Shown piece by piece: positions 24,646 through 34,027 of a stretch of DNA of 37,608 bases. How positions within the stretch are numbered: the first letter of the stretch is position 1; each line of letters starts with the position of its first letter. This stretch comes from a virus. The DNA lies in IMG/VR virus record IMGVR_UViG_3300045988_118543, positions 1 to 37,608 of that record. One strand, 5' to 3'. The notes under the pieces were generated by a model. It was not told the DNA's origin. It did not search any database and was given only the letters and a program-made list of their open reading frames with translations. The position numbers and the translations under genes are program-made.

Positions 24646-24760
24646 CGTATCCCTCCTGGCCTGGCATTGGGCCGGAGTCTTCCAGCAATGGAAAACTGAT
24701 TATTTCCATCAGCCAGAATGCCAGAAGCACGATAATCAGAGGAAAAAATTTTTTAATCAT
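24632..24760 (-). CDS. Small membrane protein (42 aa, not in the ORF track)
   Basis: Hand translation gives MIKKFFPLIIVLLAFWLMEIISFPLLEDSGPMPGQEGYDEVV. A strong RBS aaaggag lies 7 nt upstream. Confidence 0.45.
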   Translation of the reverse strand: MIKKFFPLIIVLLAFWLMEIISFPLLEDSGPMPGQEGYDEVV

Positions 24761-24789
24761 TTTTACGCTCCTTTCGAATTTATCCGAGT

Positions 24790-25188
24790 TTATCTGAGCT
24801 CTTCCACCCTGATCAGGATGCCAGGCACCTTTGAGTAGACCTTCTCTACATGCTCATCCACCACCAGGGCATCATCTTTCCAAAACCTTAGGGCGGTCAT
24901 GCTGTCTTTTAAAAGTTTCTGCAGATTGTCTGTGTCAGGCTTGCTCGTTCTGTAGGTCCCGGCCGGATGCTTCTTATCTTCCAGAAACTGCCAGCTTACC
25001 TCCAGCTTGATCGGTCCTGCCATCGGTTCATCCGGCATATGCGGTATCAGACCATCTGTCAGCTTTACCTTGGTTCGATTCACCTCTGGCGGATCATAGA
25101 AGTATGGCTTTCCATTTCGAAACCCAACCTTATGCATCTGTGCAGTAGAAGTTGGCGGTATCATCGGCATGAAAAACTCAAGCATCAT
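24790..25188 (-). CDS. rusA: RusA-like Holliday junction resolvase
   Basis: KPDTDNLQKLLKDSM...WKDDALVV matches the RusA catalytic Asp motifs. The ATG at 25188 is preceded by ggag at 6 nt. Confidence 0.75.
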   Translation of the reverse strand: MMLEFFMPMIPPTSTAQMHKVGFRNGKPYFYDPPEVNRTKVKLTDGLIPHMPDEPMAGPIKLEVSWQFLEDKKHPAGTYRTSKPDTDNLQKLLKDSMTALRFWKDDALVVDEHVEKVYSKVPGILIRVEELR

Positions 25189-25390
25189 AGTGTTCTCCAT
25201 CATCCTCGAAAGCACTATCGAAAGTTTGCTTGATCATTCTAAAAAAACAATCTGGGCAAATATCCTGATTCATAAGGTCTGACTCTTTTGCCAAAATTCT
25301 TACACCATAGCGGATACCATATTCATTTATTTTTTTGTAATTTTCAGAGTCAAACTCTTGACCACATTTTCTACAAATTTTTTTGCTCAT
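25178..25390 (-). CDS. Small zinc-ribbon protein
   Basis: 70 aa with a CRKCG...CPDC pattern. Confidence 0.5.
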   Translation of the reverse strand: MSKKICRKCGQEFDSENYKKINEYGIRYGVRILAKESDLMNQDICPDCFFRMIKQTFDSAFEDDGEHYDA

Positions 25391-25419
25391 TTTTTACCCC
25401 TCTTTCATCTCGCGCGATA

Positions 25420-25640
25420 GTCGTGTATGTGTGTATAAGAATGTCCGCAACGCTAAGCGGACTTCGTATACACCTCACGACACACACGAACACGAAGTTT
25501 ATATTTATATAAAGGATTTCGTGGTGGCACGAAAACCAAGGATTTCGTGTCGTGGTGGCACGACACACGAAGATACGAGAACCAAGGATTTCGCGGATTT
25601 TTGCTCACACGAGATCCAAGGATTTCGTGGAGTGGTGGAT
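25420..25640. repeat. Iteron-rich, origin-of-replication-like intergenic region
   Basis: (CC)AAGGATTTCG(T/C)G occurs at 25512, 25536, 25582 and 25616. GTGGTGGCACGA occurs at 25521 and 25552. Many TCGTG/CACGA half-sites form small hairpins (tttcgtg-gtgg-cacgaaa). An AT-rich stretch sits at 25497..25511 and a GC hairpin gtccgc/gcggac at 25443..25462. There is no ORF. Confidence 0.6.
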
Positions 25641-27847
25641 TAGTCTCCAGGTCGGATGACGTACCCATTTTTGACCGAATATCCTGCCTGTTTGACCCAG
25701 CTTCGAATCGTGCTGTCCGGCTTGTCAAACTTGGCCATGAGGTCCTTTATCATGACCGGATCTCCGTAATTTTCTAAATCTATGAAGTTGTCGATAGCGA
25801 TCTTTTTATCGTTTCTTGACTTCTGTGCTTTCTTCTTGGCAGAGTCTGAAGCTTTCTTCCACAAAGGTTTTGCCTCTTCCGGATTGATGTCTTTCAGCAC
25901 CCCTGTATGATCCCAGTGATGCACCGGATAGTCGAACCAAAGATTGACCGGTTCGAAGCGTTTGAACTCACGCAGGGTGCCTTCAATGCGCCATGCTGTA
26001 CGAGCCTTTGTCTTTGCCCTTACGTCCTTCAGTTCCTCCGTGATCTGCTTGTACTGCGGTTTTAAAAGGTCCCTGCACCACTCCAGCATCTTTATCTGAC
26101 TGAACTGATCATCAATCGGTATCTGGTCCTGCAGGTTATATCTGCGCAGCCATTCCATGCAGAACTTGCACACTGCTTTGTTTTCTTCCTGCTCTCTGAC
26201 CGCATCGGATACTTCCAGTTCGATAAGGTCCAGAAGTGCATCCGGGTCTCGAGCGAATACTCCAGAACCACTGGCACGGTCCATTGATCGTTTGCCTCCC
26301 TGCGCTCCCTTTGAATGATGGTGACAGTAGATCACCGCACACTCAAGCTCGGTACATACCTTGTCAAACTGATTACAGAACTTGGCCATCTGATCCGCGC
26401 TGTTCTCATCTCCCGTGATGACCTTGTAGATTGGGTCGATAATGATGGCTATATAGTTCTTTTTTGCTGCACGTCTAATGAGTTTAGGTGCCAGTTGATC
26501 CATTGGTACCGATTTACCACGTAGGTTCCAGATATCAATGTTATTAATATGATTAGGTTGAAGATGCATAGCTTTGTACACATCATCAAATCGGTGCAAG
26601 CATGAGGCTCTGTCAAGTTCTAGGTTGACATACATTACACGTCCTTGTTTACAATCCCATTCTAGCCATTTTGAACCTTCTGCTAGAGCAATCGTTAATT
26701 CTATCAATGCAAAGGACTTACCTGCTTTAGATGGGCCAGATATCAACATCTTATGTCCGCAGCGTAAAACTCCTTTAATTAGCTCTGGAGAAAGACTTGG
26801 CATCTCGTTCCAAACATCGGCCAGGTTCTCAGGATCTGGAAGATCATCATTGACCGATTCGATCCATTCTTCCCATTCGTTCCAAGATGACTTACCGATA
26901 TTTGTATCGATCAAAAACTGCTTATTCTTTCCTCGCTTGATACCCGGCATTCTGGATAAACGGCTTGGGTTCTTGTTTTGCTCATCGATGATTAGACCGT
27001 TCTTTTTACATATCTTATATAAGAAATCTACACGCTTACGGTATTCTTTATTGTCGGCTGCATCCACCTTTACGATAGCGTGAATGGACTTTCCACCACT
27101 GTACACTAGACAAGCTACTGGTAATTCTAATTCACGTATCAAGGCATTCTGCTTGGCCAGATCCATATCATCACATTCAACCAATGCATATCTAAACTCT
27201 GTTACGTTGGAATTCTTACACCCGTTACCATCCAACGGATTGAAACGGATCCATGCACCTGCTTCTTGATCATAGTCTCCCATGACAGCCCCAAGATCAC
27301 CTTTACAACCTCTTAGCTCAGAAATAAGTTGACCAGCTGTCTTTTTGTAAGAACCTTGTGTAGGTACATGTTTTCCATCTTCATTTACCCAAGATTTTGT
27401 AACAAAACCTACAATGTCCTCATCGTTAAACAACGTTTCCAGATACTTTATTAACTCGTTTACTGGTTTCCACTTTCGTCCATCTGGTTGCTCGATAGGT
27501 AATACCTCTACATTGTTTGAATCTACTACCACATAATCGTCAGAAATCTCGTCATCCCAACCAAGAGCTATTGTTTCTTGTCTTATTGACGGAACATATC
27601 CTCGATCATAAGCCATCTGATAAATTGTTCCACCAGTAACAATATTTCCTGATTCTTCCTTGAATGATTCCCATTTAGATCCGCACTCTCCAGGATGGTA
27701 TCGAGCAGAGTCTTTCTGACTCCACTCTTCCCAATCCCAGGCACTGAATCCTTCATGTTTCAACGCCATTCCAACATTGACCCATTCCTGATAGTTCAAT
27801 GTTGAAGGATCAATATACTTAAGTAGTTCTTTAATATTACTTTCCAT
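25640..27847 (-). CDS. DNA primase/helicase (PriCT-2-like N-terminus, central primase-polymerase-like region, RepA/AAA_25-like ATPase)
   Basis: 735 aa. YQEWVNVGMALKHEGFSAWDWEEWS resembles PriCT-2. Walker A motif is ISGPSKAGKSF and Walker B-like motif is AIIIDPIY. The C-terminus is HTH-like. Confidence 0.75.
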   Translation of the reverse strand: MESNIKELLKYIDPSTLNYQEWVNVGMALKHEGFSAWDWEEWSQKDSARYHPGECGSKWESFKEESGNIVTGGTIYQMAYDRGYVPSIRQETIALGWDDEISDDYVVVDSNNVEVLPIEQPDGRKWKPVNELIKYLETLFNDEDIVGFVTKSWVNEDGKHVPTQGSYKKTAGQLISELRGCKGDLGAVMGDYDQEAGAWIRFNPLDGNGCKNSNVTEFRYALVECDDMDLAKQNALIRELELPVACLVYSGGKSIHAIVKVDAADNKEYRKRVDFLYKICKKNGLIIDEQNKNPSRLSRMPGIKRGKNKQFLIDTNIGKSSWNEWEEWIESVNDDLPDPENLADVWNEMPSLSPELIKGVLRCGHKMLISGPSKAGKSFALIELTIALAEGSKWLEWDCKQGRVMYVNLELDRASCLHRFDDVYKAMHLQPNHINNIDIWNLRGKSVPMDQLAPKLIRRAAKKNYIAIIIDPIYKVITGDENSADQMAKFCNQFDKVCTELECAVIYCHHHSKGAQGGKRSMDRASGSGVFARDPDALLDLIELEVSDAVREQEENKAVCKFCMEWLRRYNLQDQIPIDDQFSQIKMLEWCRDLLKPQYKQITEELKDVRAKTKARTAWRIEGTLREFKRFEPVNLWFDYPVHHWDHTGVLKDINPEEAKPLWKKASDSAKKKAQKSRNDKKIAIDNFIDLENYGDPVMIKDLMAKFDKPDSTIRSWVKQAGYSVKNGYVIRPGD

Positions 27848-28664
27848 TTTGATTCTTCCTTTTATATGTTTTATTCATCATTCTTGCAAGAACTAATCCA
27901 CTTCTCGTTATAGTTGGATCCGATGATATAAAATTATGTCGATTCAGATATAACCTTTCCGCTTTTGTAATAACTTCAAGATTATCCTTACTGAAATTTT
28001 TGACATTTCCATCCAGGAACATGACATCATGACCTTCAGGAACAGGACCGTTATAAAATTCATACATGATATGATGCAGAGGTTTCCAGTTAACTCGTTT
28101 GCTCTTTGGTTTTAATTGATTGTTTATCTTCACCCATAGATAACCATCTTTTAATTCCTTGACCGTCCCAACAGGAACTGTGTTATGAGGCATCTTCCCC
28201 GGTTTAAATCGAGTTGGCTTGGATCTTTCGATCATTTCCGGGCTCATGTAGTCTACTAATCTTTTTCCTTTGTTTTTTGGTACGATCCCTTTTTCAAACC
28301 ATCCTGTGATACCGCTGTTTAAATGATTATTTCCGTAGAAACTGTCTACCTGCTTCGGAGTCATATCATAATCAAATTTTTCTTTGATAAGTTCTGACAT
28401 CTTCTTGTGACCGGTCCCTTTATAGTTTTCAAATATGAAATTTCTAATTTCTTCCGGATATTTCCTATGCTTTTTATGATCCACGAATTCCCAGCAATTT
28501 TTGCCTGACAAGATTCGATGATTGTTCTTGTAGTTCTGAATTTGGACTCTCGTAAAATGAGCATTGAATCTCTCATTGAGGGCATCTACACATTCTTTCG
28601 TAGATCTTCCAGGAGCTATTTTTCTTAAATAGGCATCCTGTTCATCACTTAACAACTTTTTCAT
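27837..28664 (-). CDS. Free-standing HNH homing endonuclease (HNH_3-like)
   Basis: The C-terminal segment GYLWVKINN...HHIMYEFYNGPVPEGHDVMFLDGNVKNFSKDNLEV is typical of phage HNH_3 endonucleases. The ATG is at 28664, and the ORF track start at 28799 is over-extended. It overlaps both neighbours. Confidence 0.7.
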   Translation of the reverse strand: MKKLLSDEQDAYLRKIAPGRSTKECVDALNERFNAHFTRVQIQNYKNNHRILSGKNCWEFVDHKKHRKYPEEIRNFIFENYKGTGHKKMSELIKEKFDYDMTPKQVDSFYGNNHLNSGITGWFEKGIVPKNKGKRLVDYMSPEMIERSKPTRFKPGKMPHNTVPVGTVKELKDGYLWVKINNQLKPKSKRVNWKPLHHIMYEFYNGPVPEGHDVMFLDGNVKNFSKDNLEVITKAERLYLNRHNFISSDPTITRSGLVLARMMNKTYKRKNQNGK

Positions 28665-28902
28665 GTCTCTGTTCCAGCATCTCCGGGAGCTGTGGTTTAG
28701 GCGCCTCATACCCATATTCCTGGATAAACTTCTGTGATTCCAGCGCCAGCTTGGCATTGTCAATGATATTGGTTGCCAGCCCCTCCATAGCTCTTGCACG
28801 ACTTACTTCTTTCTTTAGCTGCTCATCTGTCAGATCATCATCGTTCAGACGTTCCATCTGTTCAAATAGATGATTATTTAAATCGATCAATTTATTTTTC
28901 AT
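28645..28902 (-). CDS. Hypothetical protein
   Basis: The ATG at 28902 is preceded by ggagga. 85 aa, charged and helical. Confidence 0.5.
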   Translation of the reverse strand: MKNKLIDLNNHLFEQMERLNDDDLTDEQLKKEVSRARAMEGLATNIIDNAKLALESQKFIQEYGYEAPKPQLPEMLEQRHEKVVK

Positions 28903-28904
28903 GT

Positions 28905-29213
28905 TCAACTTCCTCCATGTCCCTTGGTTTTCTTCCCTGTGGCATGATGCCATTTTTTATTACCATTGCTAACTAGAGCTCTCATTTCCTCGGTCGATGG
29001 CATTTGTAACGTTTTTGTTACATTTCCAAGGTTCCTGAAAAGATAATTCAAAGCGCATCTAGACTGGTCGCTCCCGTTGTATCTTCCTAGAACCACTGTT
29101 GACTTTGATGCAGCATTAGCAATGAGAGCCACAACATCTGTGCCAATGCAATAGATATCAGCTACATGATCCGTATTAACGATGCAATCTTCCATGTTAC
29201 TAATAATCCACAT
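28905..29213 (-). CDS. Hypothetical protein with a basic C-terminal tail
   Basis: 102-aa ORF directly after the helicase. C-terminus is KKWHHATGKKTKGHGGS. Confidence 0.5.
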   Translation of the reverse strand: MWIISNMEDCIVNTDHVADIYCIGTDVVALIANAASKSTVVLGRYNGSDQSRCALNYLFRNLGNVTKTLQMPSTEEMRALVSNGNKKWHHATGKKTKGHGGS

Positions 29214-30812
29214 TTAGATAGCCTCCGGTTTAAATTCGGCCGGCTTCACACCTTGTGGAATTCTCCACCCACATGCTGCAATGCGGTCGATCATATTGCG
29301 CGCTGCATCAAATGGCCATGTCCCCACATGCTGGAATCCTCGACTTTCCAAAAAACGAATCTGTTTAGGAGTGCTCAATCCTTCTTCCCTGCGTTTATTC
29401 AATCGATCGAGCAATAAATTTGCTTTCCCAGCATTATCGATATCATCTGGAAAAATTCCATATTTTTCTAAAGCTTTGATCTGCTTGTCAGATGCAGGAG
29501 CCATTTCCCATCCAAAGGCAGGGACATAGCTTGATAAATCTTCCGCCTGAATAGACATTTCGAACTGCAGTGGATCAACCAGCTTACGTTTGCGTTTTTT
29601 CATAGCAGCCAATTGTTCAGCTAATTTTTCTTCTCGTTCACGTTGCACATCTTCCCTGGCTGTCTGTTCTGCTTCTTCCAGGTCAATGGCCATTGGATCA
29701 ATAGCTGCCTGTTTTTCCATGTTATCTGTCATCTTCTGTGCCACTTCTTCGCTGTCTGCAATTAATGACGCAGGATGACACAGCTCATGTTTTTCTGTAT
29801 GCCATAAGAAATCCAATAGAAGAAGATTCTCTTTTCCCTCACAAAGCCTTGTTCCACGTCCTACCATCTGGCAGTATAAGGATCTTACTTTGGTCGGTCT
29901 CAGTACGATCACACAATCCACAGATGGACAATCCCATCCTTCTGTAAGCAACATAGAGTTACATAGAACGTTGTATTTTCCCTTGTCAAAATCTTCCAAA
30001 ATTTCTGTACGGGCTTGCGTGGATCCATTACACTCGGCGGCGTGGAATCCTTCCGAATTGAGAATATCTCTAAACTTTTGACTTGTTTTTACTAGAGGAA
30101 GAAATACAACTGTTTTTCTATCCATACAATACTTTTTCATTTCCTGTGCGATTGAATAAAGATACGGATCCAAAGCTGTATCGATATCACTGACTTTGAA
30201 GTCTCCTGCTTGTACGGCAACATTGGAGAAATCAATCTTTAGAGGTATGGTCATCGCTTTGATTGGGCTAAGATATCCCTCTTTTATTGCTTTTGGCAGT
30301 GTGTACTCATACGCTAATGACTCGAAGAAATTACCAAGGTTGCGCATATCCCCTCGGTCCGGTGTAGCAGTTACCCCAAGAACTTTTGCCCCGGAGAAGT
30401 ACTCCATGACCTTCTGATAGCTATTCGATAACACATGATGTGCTTCATCAACAATAATCGTGTCGAAATAATCAGGGTCAAACTTCTTCAGTCTGTTTTC
30501 ATTTTGCAATGATTGAACAGAGCCTACAACGATACGAAACCAGGAACCAAGACAGGTCTGCTCTGCCTTTTCTACAGCAGTCCCAAGTCCGGTTGTCTTT
30601 GCTATCTTGTCACTGGCCTGATCTAATAATTCTCCACGATGAGCCATGATCAGTACACGGTCACCATTTCGAACACATTCTTCAGCGACTTTGGCAAACA
30701 CGATCGTTTTGCCACAGCCTGTGGGAAGGACCAAGAGCGTTTTTGTGTGTCCTTGGTCCCACTCATTGAAAATAGCTTGTTTGGCTTCCTGTTGATAAGG
30801 TCTTAACTCCAC
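29214..30812 (-). CDS. SF2 DEAD/DEAH-box DNA helicase
   Basis: Motif I LPTGCGKT, motif II DEAHH, and motif VI QMVGRGTR. GTG start. Confidence 0.85.
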   Translation of the reverse strand: MELRPYQQEAKQAIFNEWDQGHTKTLLVLPTGCGKTIVFAKVAEECVRNGDRVLIMAHRGELLDQASDKIAKTTGLGTAVEKAEQTCLGSWFRIVVGSVQSLQNENRLKKFDPDYFDTIIVDEAHHVLSNSYQKVMEYFSGAKVLGVTATPDRGDMRNLGNFFESLAYEYTLPKAIKEGYLSPIKAMTIPLKIDFSNVAVQAGDFKVSDIDTALDPYLYSIAQEMKKYCMDRKTVVFLPLVKTSQKFRDILNSEGFHAAECNGSTQARTEILEDFDKGKYNVLCNSMLLTEGWDCPSVDCVIVLRPTKVRSLYCQMVGRGTRLCEGKENLLLLDFLWHTEKHELCHPASLIADSEEVAQKMTDNMEKQAAIDPMAIDLEEAEQTAREDVQREREEKLAEQLAAMKKRKRKLVDPLQFEMSIQAEDLSSYVPAFGWEMAPASDKQIKALEKYGIFPDDIDNAGKANLLLDRLNKRREEGLSTPKQIRFLESRGFQHVGTWPFDAARNMIDRIAACGWRIPQGVKPAEFKPEAI

Positions 30813-31301
30813 TTAGAATCGACCACCTTGCCATCCTTGTGCCGGTTGCACTTTAGCCGGGTCAACAAATGATTTGATATTGTTATATTCGTTTCCATTG
30901 TATTTGCGTCTGTTGATTACCACACGACCCTCTGCACCAGGAACTTTTGTCCAGTCCATCTTGATTCGTCCGTCCGGCAATGTCTGGGCACCGATTGCTT
31001 TGAAGAATGCAAACAACTGGCCATTCGTTGACAATAAGAATAATTTCTTATCGATACGTACTTCTTCTCCGTTATAGTTAATCACGATATGTACATTGGC
31101 TGCGTTACAGGGAGGCATTTTTTCCGTCCCGTTACACTGTTCTCTGTCAAAGCCTTCCACGCGGAAAGGATATTCTCCTTCCGGCAGCAGTGTGTACGTT
31201 TTTTCTTCAACTTCATCGTCCCATCCAAGGGCTGTTCCCTGATTGTTTACAGGCTGTTGTGGTGTCTGCTGACCATATCCGTATTGATTTTGATAATCCA
31301 T
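30813..31301 (-). CDS. DUF669-like protein (putative ssDNA-binding)
   Basis: 162 aa in the canonical position between the AAA_24 ATPase and the helicase in Firmicutes phage replication modules. Strong RBS aggagg. Confidence 0.55.
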   Translation of the reverse strand: MDYQNQYGYGQQTPQQPVNNQGTALGWDDEVEEKTYTLLPEGEYPFRVEGFDREQCNGTEKMPPCNAANVHIVINYNGEEVRIDKKLFLLSTNGQLFAFFKAIGAQTLPDGRIKMDWTKVPGAEGRVVINRRKYNGNEYNNIKSFVDPAKVQPAQGWQGGRF

Positions 31302-31317
31302 ATTCTTTTCCTCCTAT

Positions 31318-32403
31318 TTAAAATGGCAATGGCTGTTGATCTTTGATCATCTGATATACCTGATCCCAGGCCCCAATCAAAACGCCATTAATAAAATCGA
31401 TTGGGTAATCTTTGATTGGCATGTCTTCAGGAAAATATCCACGTGCAGCGACAGCTTTTCGTACCATATCTTCTTTGACCATTTTTGGGCGCATCAAATC
31501 GATAAGAGCTTGTGGAATTCCCTGATATTCCGGGCCTTGATAGATTTCCTTAGGAAGATCTTCCGGATCTACGATTTGTGGTGGTTCCTGGTCCATGCCA
31601 TCCCGGATATCAATAGGTTTTGTTTCTTCATAAGGTAAAGGATCTTTTTCTACAGGTTGAGTTGTTTCCCTTTTGGAAATAACTGAATCCGAAAATAAGT
31701 GAGCGATCTGATTGAAATCAAAATCCAGTTTATCCGGCAAATCGTCTCTGTTCTTGGCATCCCAGGTAGCAGTATGCGTGGTATACATCACACGTTTTTG
31801 ACCGCCCTGTCCCTTGTTCTTTCCATCTTTGCTTTTGATCACGATTGTCTGATAGTTTGCAAACAGGATCATATCGGCCCACTCCTTTGCCATTGGAGCG
31901 GTCTTCTTCTCAAGTTTCAGTTCCCAACGGTCGTAAGTGCCCATCTCATCCGGCTGTTCAAATTTTGTAATCTTGGCATGTGCAGTTACCACTACATTGA
32001 TACCTGCTTGCACCACATCTTCTAATCGATTCATAAGCTGGCCAAAACGTTCAGCCAAATATGTGTATCCTTTTCCATACCCTGCATCTTCGATACCATT
32101 CCATCCTTTTGACTGGCAAAGATCTTGAGAACACATACGTTCGGCCCAGTCCAGGGTATCGATTACAAGAGTCTTGCAAGGGCGTTCCTGTGCGACTGCC
32201 ATGACCTCATCGATCAACATTGGCCAGCTTGTTGGTGCTGGCATACGTTTGACATCCAGGTTTCGAGTAGATCCTTCCGTATCGATAAACAGCGGATCAG
32301 GAAACTTGGATGCAAATGTAGACTTACCAACTCCTTCAGGTCCATATACAAGGACCTTTCGAGCATGTGGTATTTTTCCACTCGTGATATCATATCTACC
32401 CAT
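31318..32403 (-). CDS. AAA_24 / Sak4-like RecA-fold ATPase with a C-terminal extension
   Basis: Walker A motif VYGPEGVGKST, followed by FIDTEGS, a pattern typical of AAA_24. Confidence 0.7.
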   Translation of the reverse strand: MGRYDITSGKIPHARKVLVYGPEGVGKSTFASKFPDPLFIDTEGSTRNLDVKRMPAPTSWPMLIDEVMAVAQERPCKTLVIDTLDWAERMCSQDLCQSKGWNGIEDAGYGKGYTYLAERFGQLMNRLEDVVQAGINVVVTAHAKITKFEQPDEMGTYDRWELKLEKKTAPMAKEWADMILFANYQTIVIKSKDGKNKGQGGQKRVMYTTHTATWDAKNRDDLPDKLDFDFNQIAHLFSDSVISKRETTQPVEKDPLPYEETKPIDIRDGMDQEPPQIVDPEDLPKEIYQGPEYQGIPQALIDLMRPKMVKEDMVRKAVAARGYFPEDMPIKDYPIDFINGVLIGAWDQVYQMIKDQQPLPF

Positions 32404-33737
32404 TAGAAACTACCTGCCTTCCATGTTGGTGTGGCTGATTGAAGCAACGGCTCTGAAGCATCGGTTGCTGCATCGAATGAAGCTTGTAACACACCTGCAT
32501 CTTTCACATACCCATCCTCAATGATGATCGAACATTCAGATCCAGTAGATACCCTTGTACCGATAATCTGCAGACCTTCTTTCTCGGCCCACTGACCAAA
32601 TTCCTTAAGCGTTTCTGTATCCATCTGTTCCAGCTTGTCAACTAGGACCATGCCACACTGTGGATTCAGTTTTCGAACGATCGAAGTAGCTACGATTAAC
32701 TGTTCTGCAGAAGACATGTTGTCCCATTTCTGCCCTTTGTAAACCAAAGCACTGTCTTCGATTGACAATCCTTCTAACGGTAGGTTTGCACCTTTTAACA
32801 GATCCATCTTGTCCTGTCTTACCTTCTTCAAGACGGAATCCTTGTTCTCCCATTCAAGCTCTGCCTGATGAGCATCTTCTTCCGCTTTCTGCTTATCAAG
32901 GTTTGCACGTACCTTGCGGTTCACTTCTTCGATTTCTCGCAGGTTGTTTTCCAGTTCTTCCGTGGACTGGTCAACAAGATCCATCGCATTGGTCTTAGCG
33001 ATTGCTAAGTCATTTGTCGCTTTCTCTAACTCTTTTTGCTTGTCATTTAGACGTTTTTGTAAGCTGGCAACTTCATCTGTTAATACTTTGACCAAGTATT
33101 CAAAGTTAGATACATTCTCACGTTTACGAGCATTCTCGCCATTTTGAGCTAAAATAGCCTGCTGCTGATTGATCAATTCCTGTGGTGATACCAGCTGATC
33201 TGGTACACCGTCATAGTGAATCTGTTCCTTTGCAAACTTCTTTTTCTGATCGGCTATACGTCCAGCCATCAATCTGTCTTGATAGGCTTCTTTTTCCTGA
33301 CGTTCCAGTTCCATCAGCTGCGGCCCTACTCCAATGATCTGCAGAAGAATGTTTGCCTTCTCCTTGTCGCTGCTAGCCATGAACTTTGGAACATTCAAGG
33401 CTAACTTTTCAATGAAACTGTCAAGCAATGCCTGGCCGGCTTTCTTCCCTGTGGTGTCGGTAACTTTGAGAGCGCTGTTCTTGCCTTTTCTTTCGACAAC
33501 GATCCCGTTGCTTAGTTCTACCTTTAAATGAGGTGGAATCACTGACTTATCGTTTTGTGGTCGAGAGGGTTTGAATGTGTCCCCACCAAGTGCCCAGGCA
33601 ATGGCATCCAGTACGGATGTTTTTCCCTGACCATTGCGACCACCTATGATCGTCAATCCATTCTGTGTCGGTTCGACTTTAACAGCCTTGATACGCTTGA
33701 CGTTCTCAAGCTCTAACTGATTAATCTTTACTGTCAT
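32403..33737 (-). CDS. SMC/RecF-like ATPase (AAA_23-like) with a central coiled coil
   Basis: From the ATG at 33737 the protein reads MTVKINQLELENVKRI...GGRNGQGKTSVLDAI (Walker A). It has a long coiled coil and a C-terminal VLVDKLEQMD (Walker B-like). The ORF track start at 33890 (GTG) is probably over-extended, and the ATG at 33776 is an alternative. Confidence 0.7.
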   Translation of the reverse strand: MTVKINQLELENVKRIKAVKVEPTQNGLTIIGGRNGQGKTSVLDAIAWALGGDTFKPSRPQNDKSVIPPHLKVELSNGIVVERKGKNSALKVTDTTGKKAGQALLDSFIEKLALNVPKFMASSDKEKANILLQIIGVGPQLMELERQEKEAYQDRLMAGRIADQKKKFAKEQIHYDGVPDQLVSPQELINQQQAILAQNGENARKRENVSNFEYLVKVLTDEVASLQKRLNDKQKELEKATNDLAIAKTNAMDLVDQSTEELENNLREIEEVNRKVRANLDKQKAEEDAHQAELEWENKDSVLKKVRQDKMDLLKGANLPLEGLSIEDSALVYKGQKWDNMSSAEQLIVATSIVRKLNPQCGMVLVDKLEQMDTETLKEFGQWAEKEGLQIIGTRVSTGSECSIIIEDGYVKDAGVLQASFDAATDASEPLLQSATPTWKAGSF

Positions 33738-33795
33738 TTCTTCTTTCTGCCTTTCTTTTATTTGTAAAAAATCCATCTTTATAAAACCTACCTTC

Positions 33796-34023
33796 TCAGT
33801 AGTTTTCATACTCATGTTCTCGAACGAACAATGTTGTCTCGAGAAGACCTCCCGGAACAAAGTAGCAGTGATCGCATCCAACAAAACCACTGATCATTCG
33901 TGTGTTACCTACTGTGGTCAGTGTTCCGCAGTATGGGCATTGGATCAAAACATCCATTGGATCATCTGCATCCTTTACGATCTCAACCGGAGGCTGTGAA
34001 AGGGATATAAGTACTTTCTTCAT
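33796..34023 (-). CDS. Small zinc-finger protein
   Basis: 75 aa with a CPYCG...CDHC pattern. Confidence 0.5.
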   Translation of the reverse strand: MKKVLISLSQPPVEIVKDADDPMDVLIQCPYCGTLTTVGNTRMISGFVGCDHCYFVPGGLLETTLFVREHEYENY

Positions 34024-34027
34024 GCTT

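Noticed and set aside
25420-25640. The repeat cluster considered as a possible CRISPR array or tRNA/ncRNA gene.
   Set aside because: The repeats are short (12-14 nt), imperfect and irregularly spaced (26, 46 and 34 nt). No cas genes are present. No cloverleaf could be drawn. Iterons of an origin next to the initiator gene are the simpler explanation.
27837-28799. The 320-aa version of the HNH ORF, with N-terminus MQELWRGWQPISLTMPSWRWNHRSL...
   Set aside because: The first 45 codons overlap the upstream gene in another frame and are Trp/Arg/Ser-rich with no SD. The ATG at 28664 (MKKLLSDEQ...) is the plausible start.
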